From NCBI GenBank assembly GCA_964645485.1, contig CAZXZO010000004.1, forward strand, positions 34,352 through 98,351: a stretch of 64,000 nt of DNA, written 5' to 3'. The notes beneath the pieces are model-generated. The model saw nothing but the letters and a program-made list of their open reading frames with translations, was not told where the DNA came from and made no database searches. Of the stretch, positions 38,201 through 48,204 are shown piece by piece. A program made the translations under genes and the position numbers. Within the stretch, counting starts at the first letter, position 1. Each line of letters opens with the position of its first letter. This stretch comes from an uncultured Candidatus Poseidoniales archaeon (GTDB lineage Archaea > Thermoplasmatota > Poseidoniia > Poseidoniales > Thalassarchaeaceae).

Positions 38201-40390
38201 AAACCAAATGCAACTGAATTCATTGAATATTCAATGCAGGCACCATCTAACACAAGTCAAGCACAAGGAAATTACACATTTTCATTTGATGATACTGATG
38301 GCCCAAACGGAGGAATCGTTGCCGGCTACATTAGTGGTTCAGATGCCGCTGGAAATGAAGTCACCCGTGCAGGCGGACCGGCAATTGGTGAGCAATTATT
38401 CACTTACCAACTAGCACAGGATGGTGACCCTCTAATTGTTGGCCAAGGTGGATTTGTAGATGGAGACCATAGTTGGTTACATCCTGCAACACTCTACGAA
38501 ATCGTAATTCCATTCAACGAGCCAAATGGTCTATCGGACTTAGATTACGTTCAATTTCAATTAGCGAGCAATTCAATCGTTGATTCCTTAGAAGTTATTT
38601 GGAATGCGACAACTAATCGTTGTAACAGCACTGGTCAATACCTAATCGTTAATTCATGTCATATCCATGCACGAACAGGTGAAATCACTCCATTCAGCGG
38701 TGAATTAGAATTACGCCTGGAATTTACCCTTGATTGGGGTATACCGCTTGAAAATGACCTAAGGAGGGCTCCAGCAATTACTGTAAAAGATAGAGCGGGA
38801 GCAGAATCTTGGTTGGAATTACCTCAATTGCGATGGCGTTACTCCCCGAACTTAGCAATATCCTCAGATAGCATTCTTTTGGAGTCTGAAGGTGGCGCAA
38901 TAATTGACCAAAGTGTTTGGGTACAACCGAATACTGGGTTAAACATTTCAGGCCAAGTAACCTTTGTGGAGACAGGATTGGCACCTACTTTACCATTTGA
39001 TGTTTCAATTCTCTTAGATGGTCAGAGGTTAGTGACTTCGACAGTGAATGGCTACTTTTTGGCTCAACTGTCAGCACCTAGCGAATCGAAGAGTCATGCA
39101 CTATCCTTTGAATTGACAGGTCTTCCTCCCGAAGCAGTAGATGCAACAGACCCAGCAGAAACCTTGTTTTGGGTAGAGGTGGACAGTAATGCACCTTTGC
39201 CTGTTTCTATTGATGCACCACGTGAAGGAACCAATATTCCATTAGCAGATTTATCTGATATTAGAATTGAGTTGCGACTTTCTGAACAAGAAAAACTCAA
39301 TGTCAATTCCCTAAAATTATTCTTCAAAGTTTCTTATGCGAGTCAAGTAAATGGGGCTGCGTTGATTGAAGGTTCATCTCCACTCAACATTTCTGGCTCA
39401 CCTGTTGGACAATCAATTTCAGCATACTCAATTATTGATGTTGAGAGTCGCCTACCAGAGGATTCTTTCAGTGACCAATTAGTTTTGTCAATCTGGGTTA
39501 AAGGAAGTGATCTTGCAGGTAACGGGATGCAATCTTCATCCCTATTCAACAGTGGTTCAACTCCTTTCGCATCTTGGAATATTGAGCACCTCGCAGCAGA
39601 TATTCAATTAACTCAAGTCACATATTCACGAAGTGGTGAATTAGAAGTTGATCAGACAACAATGGTTACAATTGAGTTCAGGAATACGGGTTTTACCGCG
39701 GGTTCAATGAAATTCTTTGCCTATGAAGTTGGTCGAGATGGAGAAAATCGTTCTCTAACTCCCGTGCCGATATCTGTTGTTGTGCCAGTTGATGAGAGAT
39801 TAACCTATGATATTGACTGGATTCCTGAGGACAAAGGTGAGAGATGGGTGGTAATTGTTCTAGAAGATGGTACTTCGCTTGAGGGCAAACACATCAATGT
39901 CAGAACTACAGGTGACGACCAAGCACTCTCTGGTGTTTTAGAAGGGGTACCGATGTCCTGGCTCGTGATTATTGCCGTGCTCCTGTTAATACTCACCCTT
40001 ACAGTTTCGCTCGCATTACGTTCAGGTGGTTCCTCCGAATCTTCACTCGATGGAACTGATGATTGGGAAGATGATTGGGAAGATGAAGAGGAAGATGAAA
40101 CCGAATCAACTTACGCTAGTCCATCCAAAGCCATGGCTGAAATCCAATCACCAGAGTCCGGATATGAAAATCAACAAACTTGGGGACAAGAACAAGTTGG
40201 ATACCATCAACAACAAGTTCCTCAGGTAAATAATCAACAATATACACCGCCCCAACAGGTCCCTCAACAACCGGTGCCTCAACCCACAGAACAACAATCT
40301 CAGCAGTGGACAGAGGCTCAATGGCAAGCCTATCAACAACAATATGCCGAATATTATCAATCAGGTGGGCAACCCCCTCCTTCGAATTAG
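35213..40390 (+). CDS. Giant (1725 aa) beta-rich surface protein with C-terminal TM anchor and acidic plus Q/P/Y-rich cytoplasmic tail
   Basis: Signal peptide; S/T/G/N-rich beta strands; late CARDB-like motif IEFRNTG; TM WLVIIAVLLLILTLTVSLAL; tail QQVPQQPVPQ..QQYAEYY. Confidence 0.8.
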   Translation: MMQRSLRPVFAAAVLFSIFVISSLSPLLVETSYLSDLAKNNETAMNVPTTISIASHPDGTSNVMQLEVPVDHAVTDLGISLEPHILPRTESISWNSISDWNMSGVVNDGVDFNSSSGLTVLPTGYSWDFESGAFGNAWSHSGNSHWTVQSSTRLSGTYTPQSGYISHNQWTAMSVTISNMVGTGSFKYRTSTESNYDYLLFCIDNTGCYRYGGYTYRWSGYNSGTQTFNIAAGTHTYTWKYYKDGSVNSGSDRVWVDDIEFNPSSGGTGSGNWTSSPFGPSATGTQKSLEGQYGLVSVDATVPSNSALTWSVLDGISKQPIPGYENINKYVYDIGGIDSEKHPTLRIKLHLDQPSGSPPVVHGVYVQGRYVSSFNADPGWTGNLNWDGNSFPGSGIIDSPVFELRRPISRIKTDISSSGGGTWQMKINDDVWANAPQASWQTLSTYAHKVQFRWIGSSSSSDLRSVDIQIDSGGMPEFARMDVGEDGIIEWGIDSASIGKWGWQDRLSDGTYSKDFTWTTSGTKQIGVWLPKDGLEAMSYTLTPSSSGVQNLSTSLSISGTEVMSRQIGTVGDVSLVILTPAEIMDSNSLLLNATSIWPNPGVQTGIEYVQAVFSVTSDYGGVQLGGVAAVHHPTANLLYDSQDEMVWAVNDLIPYSTILSGSKYVPLTVQMNNPGSLIGTITSLNYSNEMTTDSLTILNGTTTLTPSRQWLEVNTTHSAPAGTVAAVQMDLIGTNHQVRMLCQNDGSLAVVPGSSDAEMVHWKQGDGCELDVNGSDVNSVMRFRLNASWDDDPSMTMKVRLVLIDGRRSVPKLQEFGAGENLAIENDVEIVSWEMYNQHGVPIPTNRQYLQSNSPITISVDLGFPGIDRWLAPRSGDVAVRVFENGIVIANSTSLTNGSIDFNLNTPLSSQPVEYRLDILPLHQQENASSITVNRTYEIDSLAPMVIEQNIRKYDHLEQSLNQLIKIEIYDRPILPDDLSLMLWRDWADDFNADGKPNATEFIEYSMQAPSNTSQAQGNYTFSFDDTDGPNGGIVAGYISGSDAAGNEVTRAGGPAIGEQLFTYQLAQDGDPLIVGQGGFVDGDHSWLHPATLYEIVIPFNEPNGLSDLDYVQFQLASNSIVDSLEVIWNATTNRCNSTGQYLIVNSCHIHARTGEITPFSGELELRLEFTLDWGIPLENDLRRAPAITVKDRAGAESWLELPQLRWRYSPNLAISSDSILLESEGGAIIDQSVWVQPNTGLNISGQVTFVETGLAPTLPFDVSILLDGQRLVTSTVNGYFLAQLSAPSESKSHALSFELTGLPPEAVDATDPAETLFWVEVDSNAPLPVSIDAPREGTNIPLADLSDIRIELRLSEQEKLNVNSLKLFFKVSYASQVNGAALIEGSSPLNISGSPVGQSISAYSIIDVESRLPEDSFSDQLVLSIWVKGSDLAGNGMQSSSLFNSGSTPFASWNIEHLAADIQLTQVTYSRSGELEVDQTTMVTIEFRNTGFTAGSMKFFAYEVGRDGENRSLTPVPISVVVPVDERLTYDIDWIPEDKGERWVVIVLEDGTSLEGKHINVRTTGDDQALSGVLEGVPMSWLVIIAVLLLILTLTVSLALRSGGSSESSLDGTDDWEDDWEDEEEDETESTYASPSKAMAEIQSPESGYENQQTWGQEQVGYHQQQVPQVNNQQYTPPQQVPQQPVPQPTEQQSQQWTEAQWQAYQQQYAEYYQSGGQPPPSN

Positions 40391-40490
40391 TTTGATTTAT
40401 TCACCTAAATATTTTGACAAATTTTTTGCTCAAATTTTGCAATACTACCAATCCGTTCCCTTGATAGCAGAGTGGCTGGGTCGGGAGGCT

Positions 40491-40798
40491 TGCGAGGGAG
40501 TAGGAGGGCTGCTGACAGTGTACGACACTGAGGAAAGTCCCCTCTCCACCATGCAGGTGCCCCGATTCACTTCGGGAGGCCGGGAGGCCTGGCTCTGCTT
40601 AAGCAACGAACCGGTGCAGTCGAGTACTGTGAATCCGAAAGGAGGAGATTGTCTGTTACTGGCTGAGACGAGCAACCGCGCTGGTGCAAGTCCAAACAGT
40701 TCTGTTGACGCGTATGGAAGAGGAACGGGTAGGACGCTAAGTTGAATGCAGCTAACCGAAAGGCGAACAAAAAGGGGCTTACTCCCTACTCCCTCGCA
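40491..40798 (+). ncRNA. rnpB: RNase P RNA
   Basis: P1 helix TGCGAGGGAGTAGG / CCTACTCCCTCGCA; CR-I GAGGAAAGTCC; CR-V-like AACAAAAAGGGGCTTAC; GC-rich intergenic position. Confidence 0.93.
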
Positions 40799-40885
40799 CC
40801 CATTAATTTTGAACTTGTGAGAATAAAGAATTGCTGTCTATTTTTGGCAACCTAACCAATGTTTTGGGTAATTTATGGGCGATTC

Positions 40886-43543
40886 CTACTTTGATTCATC
40901 TTTTCTTTCAGAATCAAAATCAATTGTTGAAATTTCAGGTATTCTTCTCAATTCCATTTCAACTTCTCTAGTGGATTTAGTCGCAGGGTCTTGCCACAAA
41001 GGTTGCTGTTTCATACCGTTTTCACTCACCTTTGAATTTCTTAAAATAGATCCAATTGTCAACGTGATTCCAATGATGAAGAGAATTCCTAAAAGATAAT
41101 CCACGGTTGTAGAGGTTTGCCAAGATTCGGGTTCAATCGCATTTTCGTTACTGTCATCAACAGGTGTGGTTGTGGTTTCATCTGCAGTTGTGTTTTCCTG
41201 CTCCTCGATTTCAATAGGCTTTAGTGGCCATTGTAAGTTAACTTGTTTTTCAGCCCAGGAAGATAGATGTTCGATTCTGATAACAGCATCAAATTCCCCA
41301 ATTTGTGGATCAACTGTCAAATCAAATTCTCCTGAACTTTGGTTTTCCAATTTTTCAGAAAGGATAATTGTTGTGAATAAACAATCGGATTCGCAACTGA
41401 GATTAACCCTCATAATTGCAGAGTCGTCATGACTTTGTGGCCAATGTATCACGTTAATTTCAACCGACATGCTTGGGCAACCTCTGATTGAACCAGAAGA
41501 AAATGGGCATTCGTCAAGTGCATCGTTTCTCCCATCAAAATCACTGTCTAGTTGGCTAGGAGAACATCCTTCTAGATTTGCACTTTCATCAATAGGAGTC
41601 AAGTCACATATGTCTAGCAAATCATTGACACCATCAAAATCTGTATCTAATTGAGAAAGAGCGCAGCCAACAGAATCAACAGTAGTATTTCTCGGGGTAT
41701 TAGGGCACTGGTCAAGTAATTCACTCACTCCATCTTTATCGCTGTCAATTTGAGATAGTGAGCAACCCGTTTGGTTTACTTCAACACCTAGTTCTGTATA
41801 TGGGCAGGTATCGATATGGTTTTTCACTCCATCCCAATCGCTGTCTATTTGATTCTCTGCACATCCTACCGTATTCACACTCCAATTAGAATCCGTGTTG
41901 GGACAAGAGTCGCCATCGTCCGTGATACCATCTTCGTCAGTATCTTTTTGATAATCAGCGCATCCAAAATCATCTACCTCAATTCCAACTGGGAATGTGT
42001 TTGGGCAGATATCTTCAGCATCATTGACACCATCATCGTCACTATCTTTTTGATAGTCTGAACAACCATTTTCATCTACAGTAGTATTGAGGGTTGTACC
42101 AGGGCACTGGTCAATCAAATCATTGACATTGTCAAAGTCACTATCAAGGTCTACTAATCTACATCCAAAGTGGTTTACAAGATCACCAATTGGCGTAAAA
42201 TCACAGTTGTCAGCACTATCTTCAATCCCGTCTCCATCAGTGTCGGGCGTGCCAATTTGTTCATGGACATACTGTCCCATCAGGAGATGAGCAGTCCCCG
42301 TGGGGTGTATATTGTCAAAGAAAAAGAATTCTTCAACATTTGGCTCGATATAATCATTTGAGTCACATGAGATTCCATCATGATGACATGCCGAATGAGT
42401 TACGTTTGTTATTCCATAGAATGAACCATTCCAATAGATTGTTTCAAACATTGGAAATACATCAATTACTTGAATACTAATATTCAGGGCGCTTTCTCTT
42501 GCACTCATTGCAACGTCAAGTTTGGCATTGAAATCAATTATTCTGTTATACATCGATTGTTTATCGCTGGCTGATTCCTCGGAATAAGTAGGGGTTTTAT
42601 CAAGCGGTGGCAAATTTAACACAATAAGGTCAGATGCACCATTTGAGGCTAGTACATTCACATGGTCGATGATGTAATTCACAACTTTCTGAGTATCTGA
42701 TTCACCACTGTTCAAAAAATTATTTCCTCCACCCCATAATGCTACTTTTTCATTAGGCCCAATCCAATTGTTGTTAGTATAATCTTCAATCTGTTTTCCA
42801 AGGTTAGGGATTACAAAGTAGTTCATTCCCTCACCAACTTCCGCTCCACCAAATGCTCGGTTGGACCCAGGGTTACTCCCTCTTCCCGGTGTGATTGTTA
42901 GACCCATTTTGGCAGCGACGTGTTCATTCCACATGAGACCTGTAGAGAACCTTCCATTGTAGTAGGGTGGAGACTCTGGTGTGCCGAAGGCTGCTTTTGA
43001 ATTGCCCATATCGCTCAATGAGTCACCGAATATTAGAAAATCTGAGTGTGAGGGTGTAATTACTGTTTGAAAAATGACAAATTGGACTTCTGTTGAATCT
43101 AGGATTTGGGTGTGATTTTGGTCCCATAATGATACATTCAAAGTATATTCGTAGGAACCATTCCAAATTTCAAAAGCCGGTTTGAAAAATGCAATTGAGC
43201 CATTTTCTGTTTGGAATCCAGTTCCATTGGCTGAGAATATTAGAGTTCCGTTATTGCTATATCCCTCATAAAATGTGTAATCATATTGATACAGATTACT
43301 CGAAGAATTGTCAACTCCTGACCATGTGATATTCCAACTGACATATTCACCTGTCTCAAATGCGTGAACATTTGGGAGTGAACCAAAACTTGCCATTTCG
43401 ATTGAAATGTTTTCATTTCCTGTGATCGATTTTCCCGGTCCCGCTGAGGTCGTGAAGCCAGTCAAAGGCAAGATTAGCACTATGGTGAGGAACATTGCCC
43501 AAAATCTCAGATGAGAACTACCTGACTCTGCCACGCTCACCAT
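40886..43543 (-). CDS. SGNH/GDSL esterase-lipase fused to thrombospondin type-3-like Ca-binding repeats, membrane anchored
   Basis: FGDSLSDMGN, GRFSTG, WGGGNNF, FFDNIHPT; repeated DxDxDGVxDxxDxCPxT..V...GC units; C-terminal TM. Confidence 0.88.
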   Translation of the reverse strand: MVSVAESGSSHLRFWAMFLTIVLILPLTGFTTSAGPGKSITGNENISIEMASFGSLPNVHAFETGEYVSWNITWSGVDNSSSNLYQYDYTFYEGYSNNGTLIFSANGTGFQTENGSIAFFKPAFEIWNGSYEYTLNVSLWDQNHTQILDSTEVQFVIFQTVITPSHSDFLIFGDSLSDMGNSKAAFGTPESPPYYNGRFSTGLMWNEHVAAKMGLTITPGRGSNPGSNRAFGGAEVGEGMNYFVIPNLGKQIEDYTNNNWIGPNEKVALWGGGNNFLNSGESDTQKVVNYIIDHVNVLASNGASDLIVLNLPPLDKTPTYSEESASDKQSMYNRIIDFNAKLDVAMSARESALNISIQVIDVFPMFETIYWNGSFYGITNVTHSACHHDGISCDSNDYIEPNVEEFFFFDNIHPTGTAHLLMGQYVHEQIGTPDTDGDGIEDSADNCDFTPIGDLVNHFGCRLVDLDSDFDNVNDLIDQCPGTTLNTTVDENGCSDYQKDSDDDGVNDAEDICPNTFPVGIEVDDFGCADYQKDTDEDGITDDGDSCPNTDSNWSVNTVGCAENQIDSDWDGVKNHIDTCPYTELGVEVNQTGCSLSQIDSDKDGVSELLDQCPNTPRNTTVDSVGCALSQLDTDFDGVNDLLDICDLTPIDESANLEGCSPSQLDSDFDGRNDALDECPFSSGSIRGCPSMSVEINVIHWPQSHDDSAIMRVNLSCESDCLFTTIILSEKLENQSSGEFDLTVDPQIGEFDAVIRIEHLSSWAEKQVNLQWPLKPIEIEEQENTTADETTTTPVDDSNENAIEPESWQTSTTVDYLLGILFIIGITLTIGSILRNSKVSENGMKQQPLWQDPATKSTREVEMELRRIPEISTIDFDSERKDESK

Positions 43544-43579
43544 AGGTGAGCGGATGAAGTTTAAATTGTCGCTTTACTG

Positions 43580-46500
43580 TCAGCCTGTTAATTCAGCATC
43601 CATAGTCGCATCCGAAAGTGTTGCAACATTGTCATAATCCTGCCAATCTCCTTCACCCTTGATGAAAGAAGTAATTTGACGATAAGCAACTATCAAGGCT
43701 GGTAAAAGGATTGAACTAGTTATCAAAGCAAGGAATATCAGAATCATCATCAGGGTGAAGAAGTTGCGTAAACCAGGTATTGCTAATGTCAAGCCAGCAG
43801 CCAATCCTGCAGAAGTCGTCATAGTTGTCTCAAAGATGGTTTGGCCAGTCCGAGCTACCGCTTTTACGATTCCACCAGGGGTTTCACCCTCTTCCCTGAT
43901 GCGGTCCATCACATGGATAGAATCATCAACTCCGACTCCAAATACAATTGTGCTAATCATTGCCGTGAAGACATTGACATTCACATCGCCACCGCGCATC
44001 AAAAGTGGTTGCCAAAGAACGACGACGCCAACAGCAGTCATGGTAAAGAATGCAAGACGGGGACTCCTAAACAGAATTGTCATTGTGAATAATAAAACAA
44101 TCATCGTAGCAATTGTTGCATCCATTTGAGCGTTATGTACTCCTTTATTTATGTCGAGTGAGACAGGCAAGCCACCAGTCAAGAGTGAGTTTTTCACACC
44201 CTCAACACCTAGTGCATTACAAGATAAAGCATCATCACACCCACCCTCCGAAAGATAAGAATCTAGTTGGTCTCTTAATTCTCCAGCAATTCCGAGTGAA
44301 ATGTATGGCTGATTTACATATACTAATGTTTTAGTTTCACCCAAATTAGCCACTGGTTCGTTCATTAGCATTGAACGGATTTCGTAGGAAAGTGTGTCAA
44401 AAGCAATGTTGATCATAGTCTCTCTTGATGTTGCTGAAGTGATGACAATATCACCTGTAATTATGCACTCTAATTGGGCTGGGTCATCCCAGCAAGGTGA
44501 GTGTAATATTTCCCATAATGAGCGGTCATACATTTGTTGACCAGACAGATTCACATTAATATGGACCGCTTTGAGAATTGTAACAAGACTAATTGATGTA
44601 GTATTTTCAACATGGTTTATTTTCTCTTCTTGCATATATTCTATTGAATCTAAAACTTCTAAATGTCTAATTGGTGCAATGTCGTTGACAACTCCTCTGT
44701 CCTTTGCATCTATGATGAACATGTTAGTTTGCCCACCTTCAAAGACTCGAGAATATTCTGCTAAAGCCTCGTAAGACTCCAATCCTGGCGGCACTTCGTC
44801 ACTTGAGCCTGTGATGTCTTTTCCTAGTTCCGCACTCAGATAGAAGGCACCGACACCGCTGATTAATAATGCCGTTATAATCACTACATAAGCACCCCTT
44901 ACAGGCACCTCTCCAATTTTTTCCCATACCTTTTGTGTTTGCTTGCCGCCAGCCTTTCTATAGCGAACCAGCCAACCTAATGCAGGTACCATTATTATGC
45001 TGAAAAAGAAGGTGCAGGATATACCTAAAACCAGAGTCACACCAACTGTTCTCATTGGTTGAATTGGTACTAACCATTCCCAGGCAAGAACACTAAATCC
45101 AATTATTGTGGTTATTGCTGAGAGCAGTACCGCGTGACCTGTCGTCATCATTGAGTGAACGGTTGAATCTAAGTACAATTTTTTGTCCCAAGGATCCAAT
45201 TCCTCTACAACTTCACCATCTCTTCTTGCTTTAGCAACAAGTTCAGCATTTTCTTCAAGCAATTTGTTCCTAGTTTCTTCTATTCTGTTGATTAGATGCA
45301 GCGCATAGTCCACACCTAAGCCAATTAATATCGGACCCGCAGCGATTATCATTGGGGTTAGCATGATGTCTAGAATTACTGTAGTCCCAAAAGTCACCGC
45401 CAATGAAAGAATAATTGGAGTGCCACAAATGATGATTACTTTTGGGTTGCGATGCAGTGCAATCATTACTAAACAGACTAATGCGAGGCTGATGGGTAAC
45501 ATATCTTCCAAGGCTAGGTAAATCGCATCAGAGACATCGTGCAGTACAGGAGTAAGACCAGTAACTGTTACAGCTTGTCGAGTGGGAATTTCTTGCCATC
45601 TCTCTTCATTCATGCTTGATAGTTTAACTCCACCATAATCCCGACCGCAAAGTGGGTCATCAAATTGGTTGTAAATATCCGGGTTTCCGGCACAGTCAGT
45701 GATTACTGACTTGACGTGCTGAATGAATGCCTTGTGGTCGAGAATTTCATTTCCCTCTGGATCTGTTCGAGGGTCAACATCTGTGCCGTCCATCTCAAAA
45801 CGGATTCCCATAACCACAACTGCGGTATCCCAAATCCCATCTCCATTCGAATCTACAACTAAGTTTTCTAAGGCGCTACCGAGATTTTCAACAGTATTGT
45901 TCACCTGGTCTTGGTTGTTGGGGATGACGTAAGTATCTCTTGGGTCTTGACTAGTTATTTGACACTCAGATGAAGTGGCTATTGGCAGGCCATATTTTTC
46001 TACTGCGCAAGTAAATCTGCTTGAGGCAGAATTTCCTTCTTTGATAAGTTGGGAAGCACTTAGGACCCAAACCACACCGTCTTGAGTGCCTCTGTCGTCT
46101 TTATTCCAGTCAATTCCTCTAGCGTATCTTCCCATTTCTTTATTGTCATCATCGCCTTCTAAGAAACTTATTTGCTGAAGAATAGCGACGTCAGTTATAT
46201 TTTCACTTCCACGCCTAGATTGATCATCTATCGCATTATCAGTATGGACATACAACAATACAATGTCTGTTGACCACTGTTCTCTGACATCGAGCAAAAG
46301 TTCTGTGGAATCGGCCCCATCAGGTAGGTATATTTCGACGTCACCATTAATCTGTTGTCCAAAATCCATGGCATCTTTTCCAATGAGAAGAGTTAGTAGA
46401 ATCATCACAATAACGATCGGACCAGGCGAGCGAAAAACAGTTTGATAGAACCTTCTTGCTTGACCATCGATGAAAGAATGAGTCCAGTCACCGACCAAGG

Positions 46501-46645
46501 TTGCTCGGTGTCTAAAATTGTCACTGATGTCTAAATATGTTGCAAAAACGGGGTGTTGTTTCAGGGAATCTAGTTTTTCCCCCAGGGCAAAGTTACCCTT
46601 GGCATCCCCGGTTTCGTCTTCCATTGAGTCACCGTGTTGTCCCAA
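43580..46645 (-). CDS. MMPL/RND (HAE3-like) family transporter
   Basis: Two repeats with IGLGVDYALHL and VFGVGVDDSIHV; GHAVLLSAITTIIGF. Confidence 0.9.
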   Translation of the reverse strand: MGQHGDSMEDETGDAKGNFALGEKLDSLKQHPVFATYLDISDNFRHRATLVGDWTHSFIDGQARRFYQTVFRSPGPIVIVMILLTLLIGKDAMDFGQQINGDVEIYLPDGADSTELLLDVREQWSTDIVLLYVHTDNAIDDQSRRGSENITDVAILQQISFLEGDDDNKEMGRYARGIDWNKDDRGTQDGVVWVLSASQLIKEGNSASSRFTCAVEKYGLPIATSSECQITSQDPRDTYVIPNNQDQVNNTVENLGSALENLVVDSNGDGIWDTAVVVMGIRFEMDGTDVDPRTDPEGNEILDHKAFIQHVKSVITDCAGNPDIYNQFDDPLCGRDYGGVKLSSMNEERWQEIPTRQAVTVTGLTPVLHDVSDAIYLALEDMLPISLALVCLVMIALHRNPKVIIICGTPIILSLAVTFGTTVILDIMLTPMIIAAGPILIGLGVDYALHLINRIEETRNKLLEENAELVAKARRDGEVVEELDPWDKKLYLDSTVHSMMTTGHAVLLSAITTIIGFSVLAWEWLVPIQPMRTVGVTLVLGISCTFFFSIIMVPALGWLVRYRKAGGKQTQKVWEKIGEVPVRGAYVVIITALLISGVGAFYLSAELGKDITGSSDEVPPGLESYEALAEYSRVFEGGQTNMFIIDAKDRGVVNDIAPIRHLEVLDSIEYMQEEKINHVENTTSISLVTILKAVHINVNLSGQQMYDRSLWEILHSPCWDDPAQLECIITGDIVITSATSRETMINIAFDTLSYEIRSMLMNEPVANLGETKTLVYVNQPYISLGIAGELRDQLDSYLSEGGCDDALSCNALGVEGVKNSLLTGGLPVSLDINKGVHNAQMDATIATMIVLLFTMTILFRSPRLAFFTMTAVGVVVLWQPLLMRGGDVNVNVFTAMISTIVFGVGVDDSIHVMDRIREEGETPGGIVKAVARTGQTIFETTMTTSAGLAAGLTLAIPGLRNFFTLMMILIFLALITSSILLPALIVAYRQITSFIKGEGDWQDYDNVATLSDATMDAELTG

Positions 46646-46698
46646 CCACCATCAATAATTCCCCTCAATATGTTATTGACGGCTAGTTGAAGGATGGA

Positions 46699-47646
46699 TT
46701 AACTCAATCCGAAGTTGCGAACTATCAGGCGCTTCATGATAGCACGAGTTCCTTGCAGAACCAAACCAGTAAAGATCAAACTAATACCAAGCATTGAGAT
46801 CCAAGCTGCTGTCAGTCCGGGGCCTACAGTTAGATTCAGATCTAGGGTTCCGCCCGTGAAATCGTTGACACGGTTGAATGCTCTCATCCCGATTGCTGAA
46901 CCGAGAGTTACTAATCCTGCACCAGGTACTCCGAATGCCAAGAATGGTTTTTTCTGAGATAGAGAAATTAGTGCATAAGAAAGCACAGTAAATCCATGGC
47001 TCATTGCAGTGAATCTAGACCCTTTTGGCACATCATAGCGAATAATAGTTGGAACTTCTTTGACTGCCAAGCCGTATTCATTACATTGTTCAAGCATTTC
47101 TAGTGTTGACTCCATGCCGTCTTGGTCAAACTTAATTCTCTTCAATGCGGCGTTTGAAAATGCTCGAAATCCGCTTTGAGTATCCTTGATTGATAAATCA
47201 CTTGTCAGGTTTGAAGCAGCAGTGATAACCTTGACGCCTAACTTTCTATAGGACGGCATATCATCTCCTGACCCGCCTTCAATAAATCTTGACCCAATGA
47301 CGAAATCCGCTTCTCCTTGTAGGATTGGATTTAACAATACAGGTATGTCATTTGGGTCGTGCTGGCCATCGCTGTCAAGAATTACCAAAGCGGCTGCATC
47401 TTGTTCTAGGGCATACTGGAAAATTGATTTCAGCGCCCCGCCATATCCCCTGTTTGTACGGTGGTGTTTGACAACTGCTCCGACATTTTGGGCAATACGG
47501 GCAGAAGAATCAGATGAACCGTCATCCACACACAGAACTTTATCTGCGTACGAAAGTGACTGAAGAACTACCGTGCCAACGGTTTCTTCTTCGTTGTAAA
47601 GAGGCATTCCCACAATTACCGGGCCTTGGGTAGTAGGTTCTTCCAT
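46699..47646 (-). CDS. Glycosyltransferase family 2 (polyprenol-phosphate glycosyltransferase-like)
   Basis: MPLYNEE, VDDGSSD, NRGYGGA, LDSDGQHDP, DTQSGFRAF; C-terminal TM pair. Confidence 0.9.
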   Translation of the reverse strand: MEEPTTQGPVIVGMPLYNEEETVGTVVLQSLSYADKVLCVDDGSSDSSARIAQNVGAVVKHHRTNRGYGGALKSIFQYALEQDAAALVILDSDGQHDPNDIPVLLNPILQGEADFVIGSRFIEGGSGDDMPSYRKLGVKVITAASNLTSDLSIKDTQSGFRAFSNAALKRIKFDQDGMESTLEMLEQCNEYGLAVKEVPTIIRYDVPKGSRFTAMSHGFTVLSYALISLSQKKPFLAFGVPGAGLVTLGSAIGMRAFNRVNDFTGGTLDLNLTVGPGLTAAWISMLGISLIFTGLVLQGTRAIMKRLIVRNFGLS

Positions 47647-47823
47647 CTTATTATATCCGCTCCCCGCGCCGTATTTAGCCGTTTAGCCGTTATAATTAAT
47701 TAAATATAGAAATTTGAGTGTCTGGGCAATATTTTCAATCACCCAGACACGAGGGCATATACTTGTTCTCGAACTACTGATTTACATCAGAGTTCGATTT
47801 TTGACTCATTACATCTTGAATGA

Positions 47824-48090
47824 TTACTGGTCAATAAATTGGCTCACTGTGGTAACAGCTCGCTCACCATCTAACACTCTTTGTAATGCATTCAAATTAA
47901 TGATCAGTGGGACATACACTTGTCCATCTGATGTGCTGTAAGTTGCGCAGTCAGAAAAGGCACTGCTGTTGATTGACACTTTTAGTGCGCCACCAGCGTT
48001 ACTCTTTCTCACATATCCAACCAACAATGTTTGTGGTTCCTCATTTTCGTCGTTCTCATTCTGGGCTATTTGTTTTGTATTTTTACTCAT
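47824..48090 (-). CDS. Small hypothetical beta-rich protein (88 aa)
   Basis: Clean ORF from MSKN; VGYVRKSNAGGALKVSIN; paired TTCACTTTCA boxes upstream. Confidence 0.75.
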   Translation of the reverse strand: MSKNTKQIAQNENDENEEPQTLLVGYVRKSNAGGALKVSINSSAFSDCATYSTSDGQVYVPLIINLNALQRVLDGERAVTTVSQFIDQ

Positions 48091-48204
48091 TTTTTCAACT
48101 CCTTGACACTCTTTCATTATGGTTTTAACAATTCAGATTCGGTGCCGAGAAGTAGCAGTGACAAGCGGGGGTCCTCTATATTTTCGTAGAGGGGTGGCTA
48201 AATT

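Noticed and set aside
40466-40599. CGGGAGGC repeated upstream of and twice inside rnpB; AGCAGAG/CTCTGCT complementarity
   Set aside because: Only 7-8 bp in GC-rich structured RNA; indistinguishable from chance
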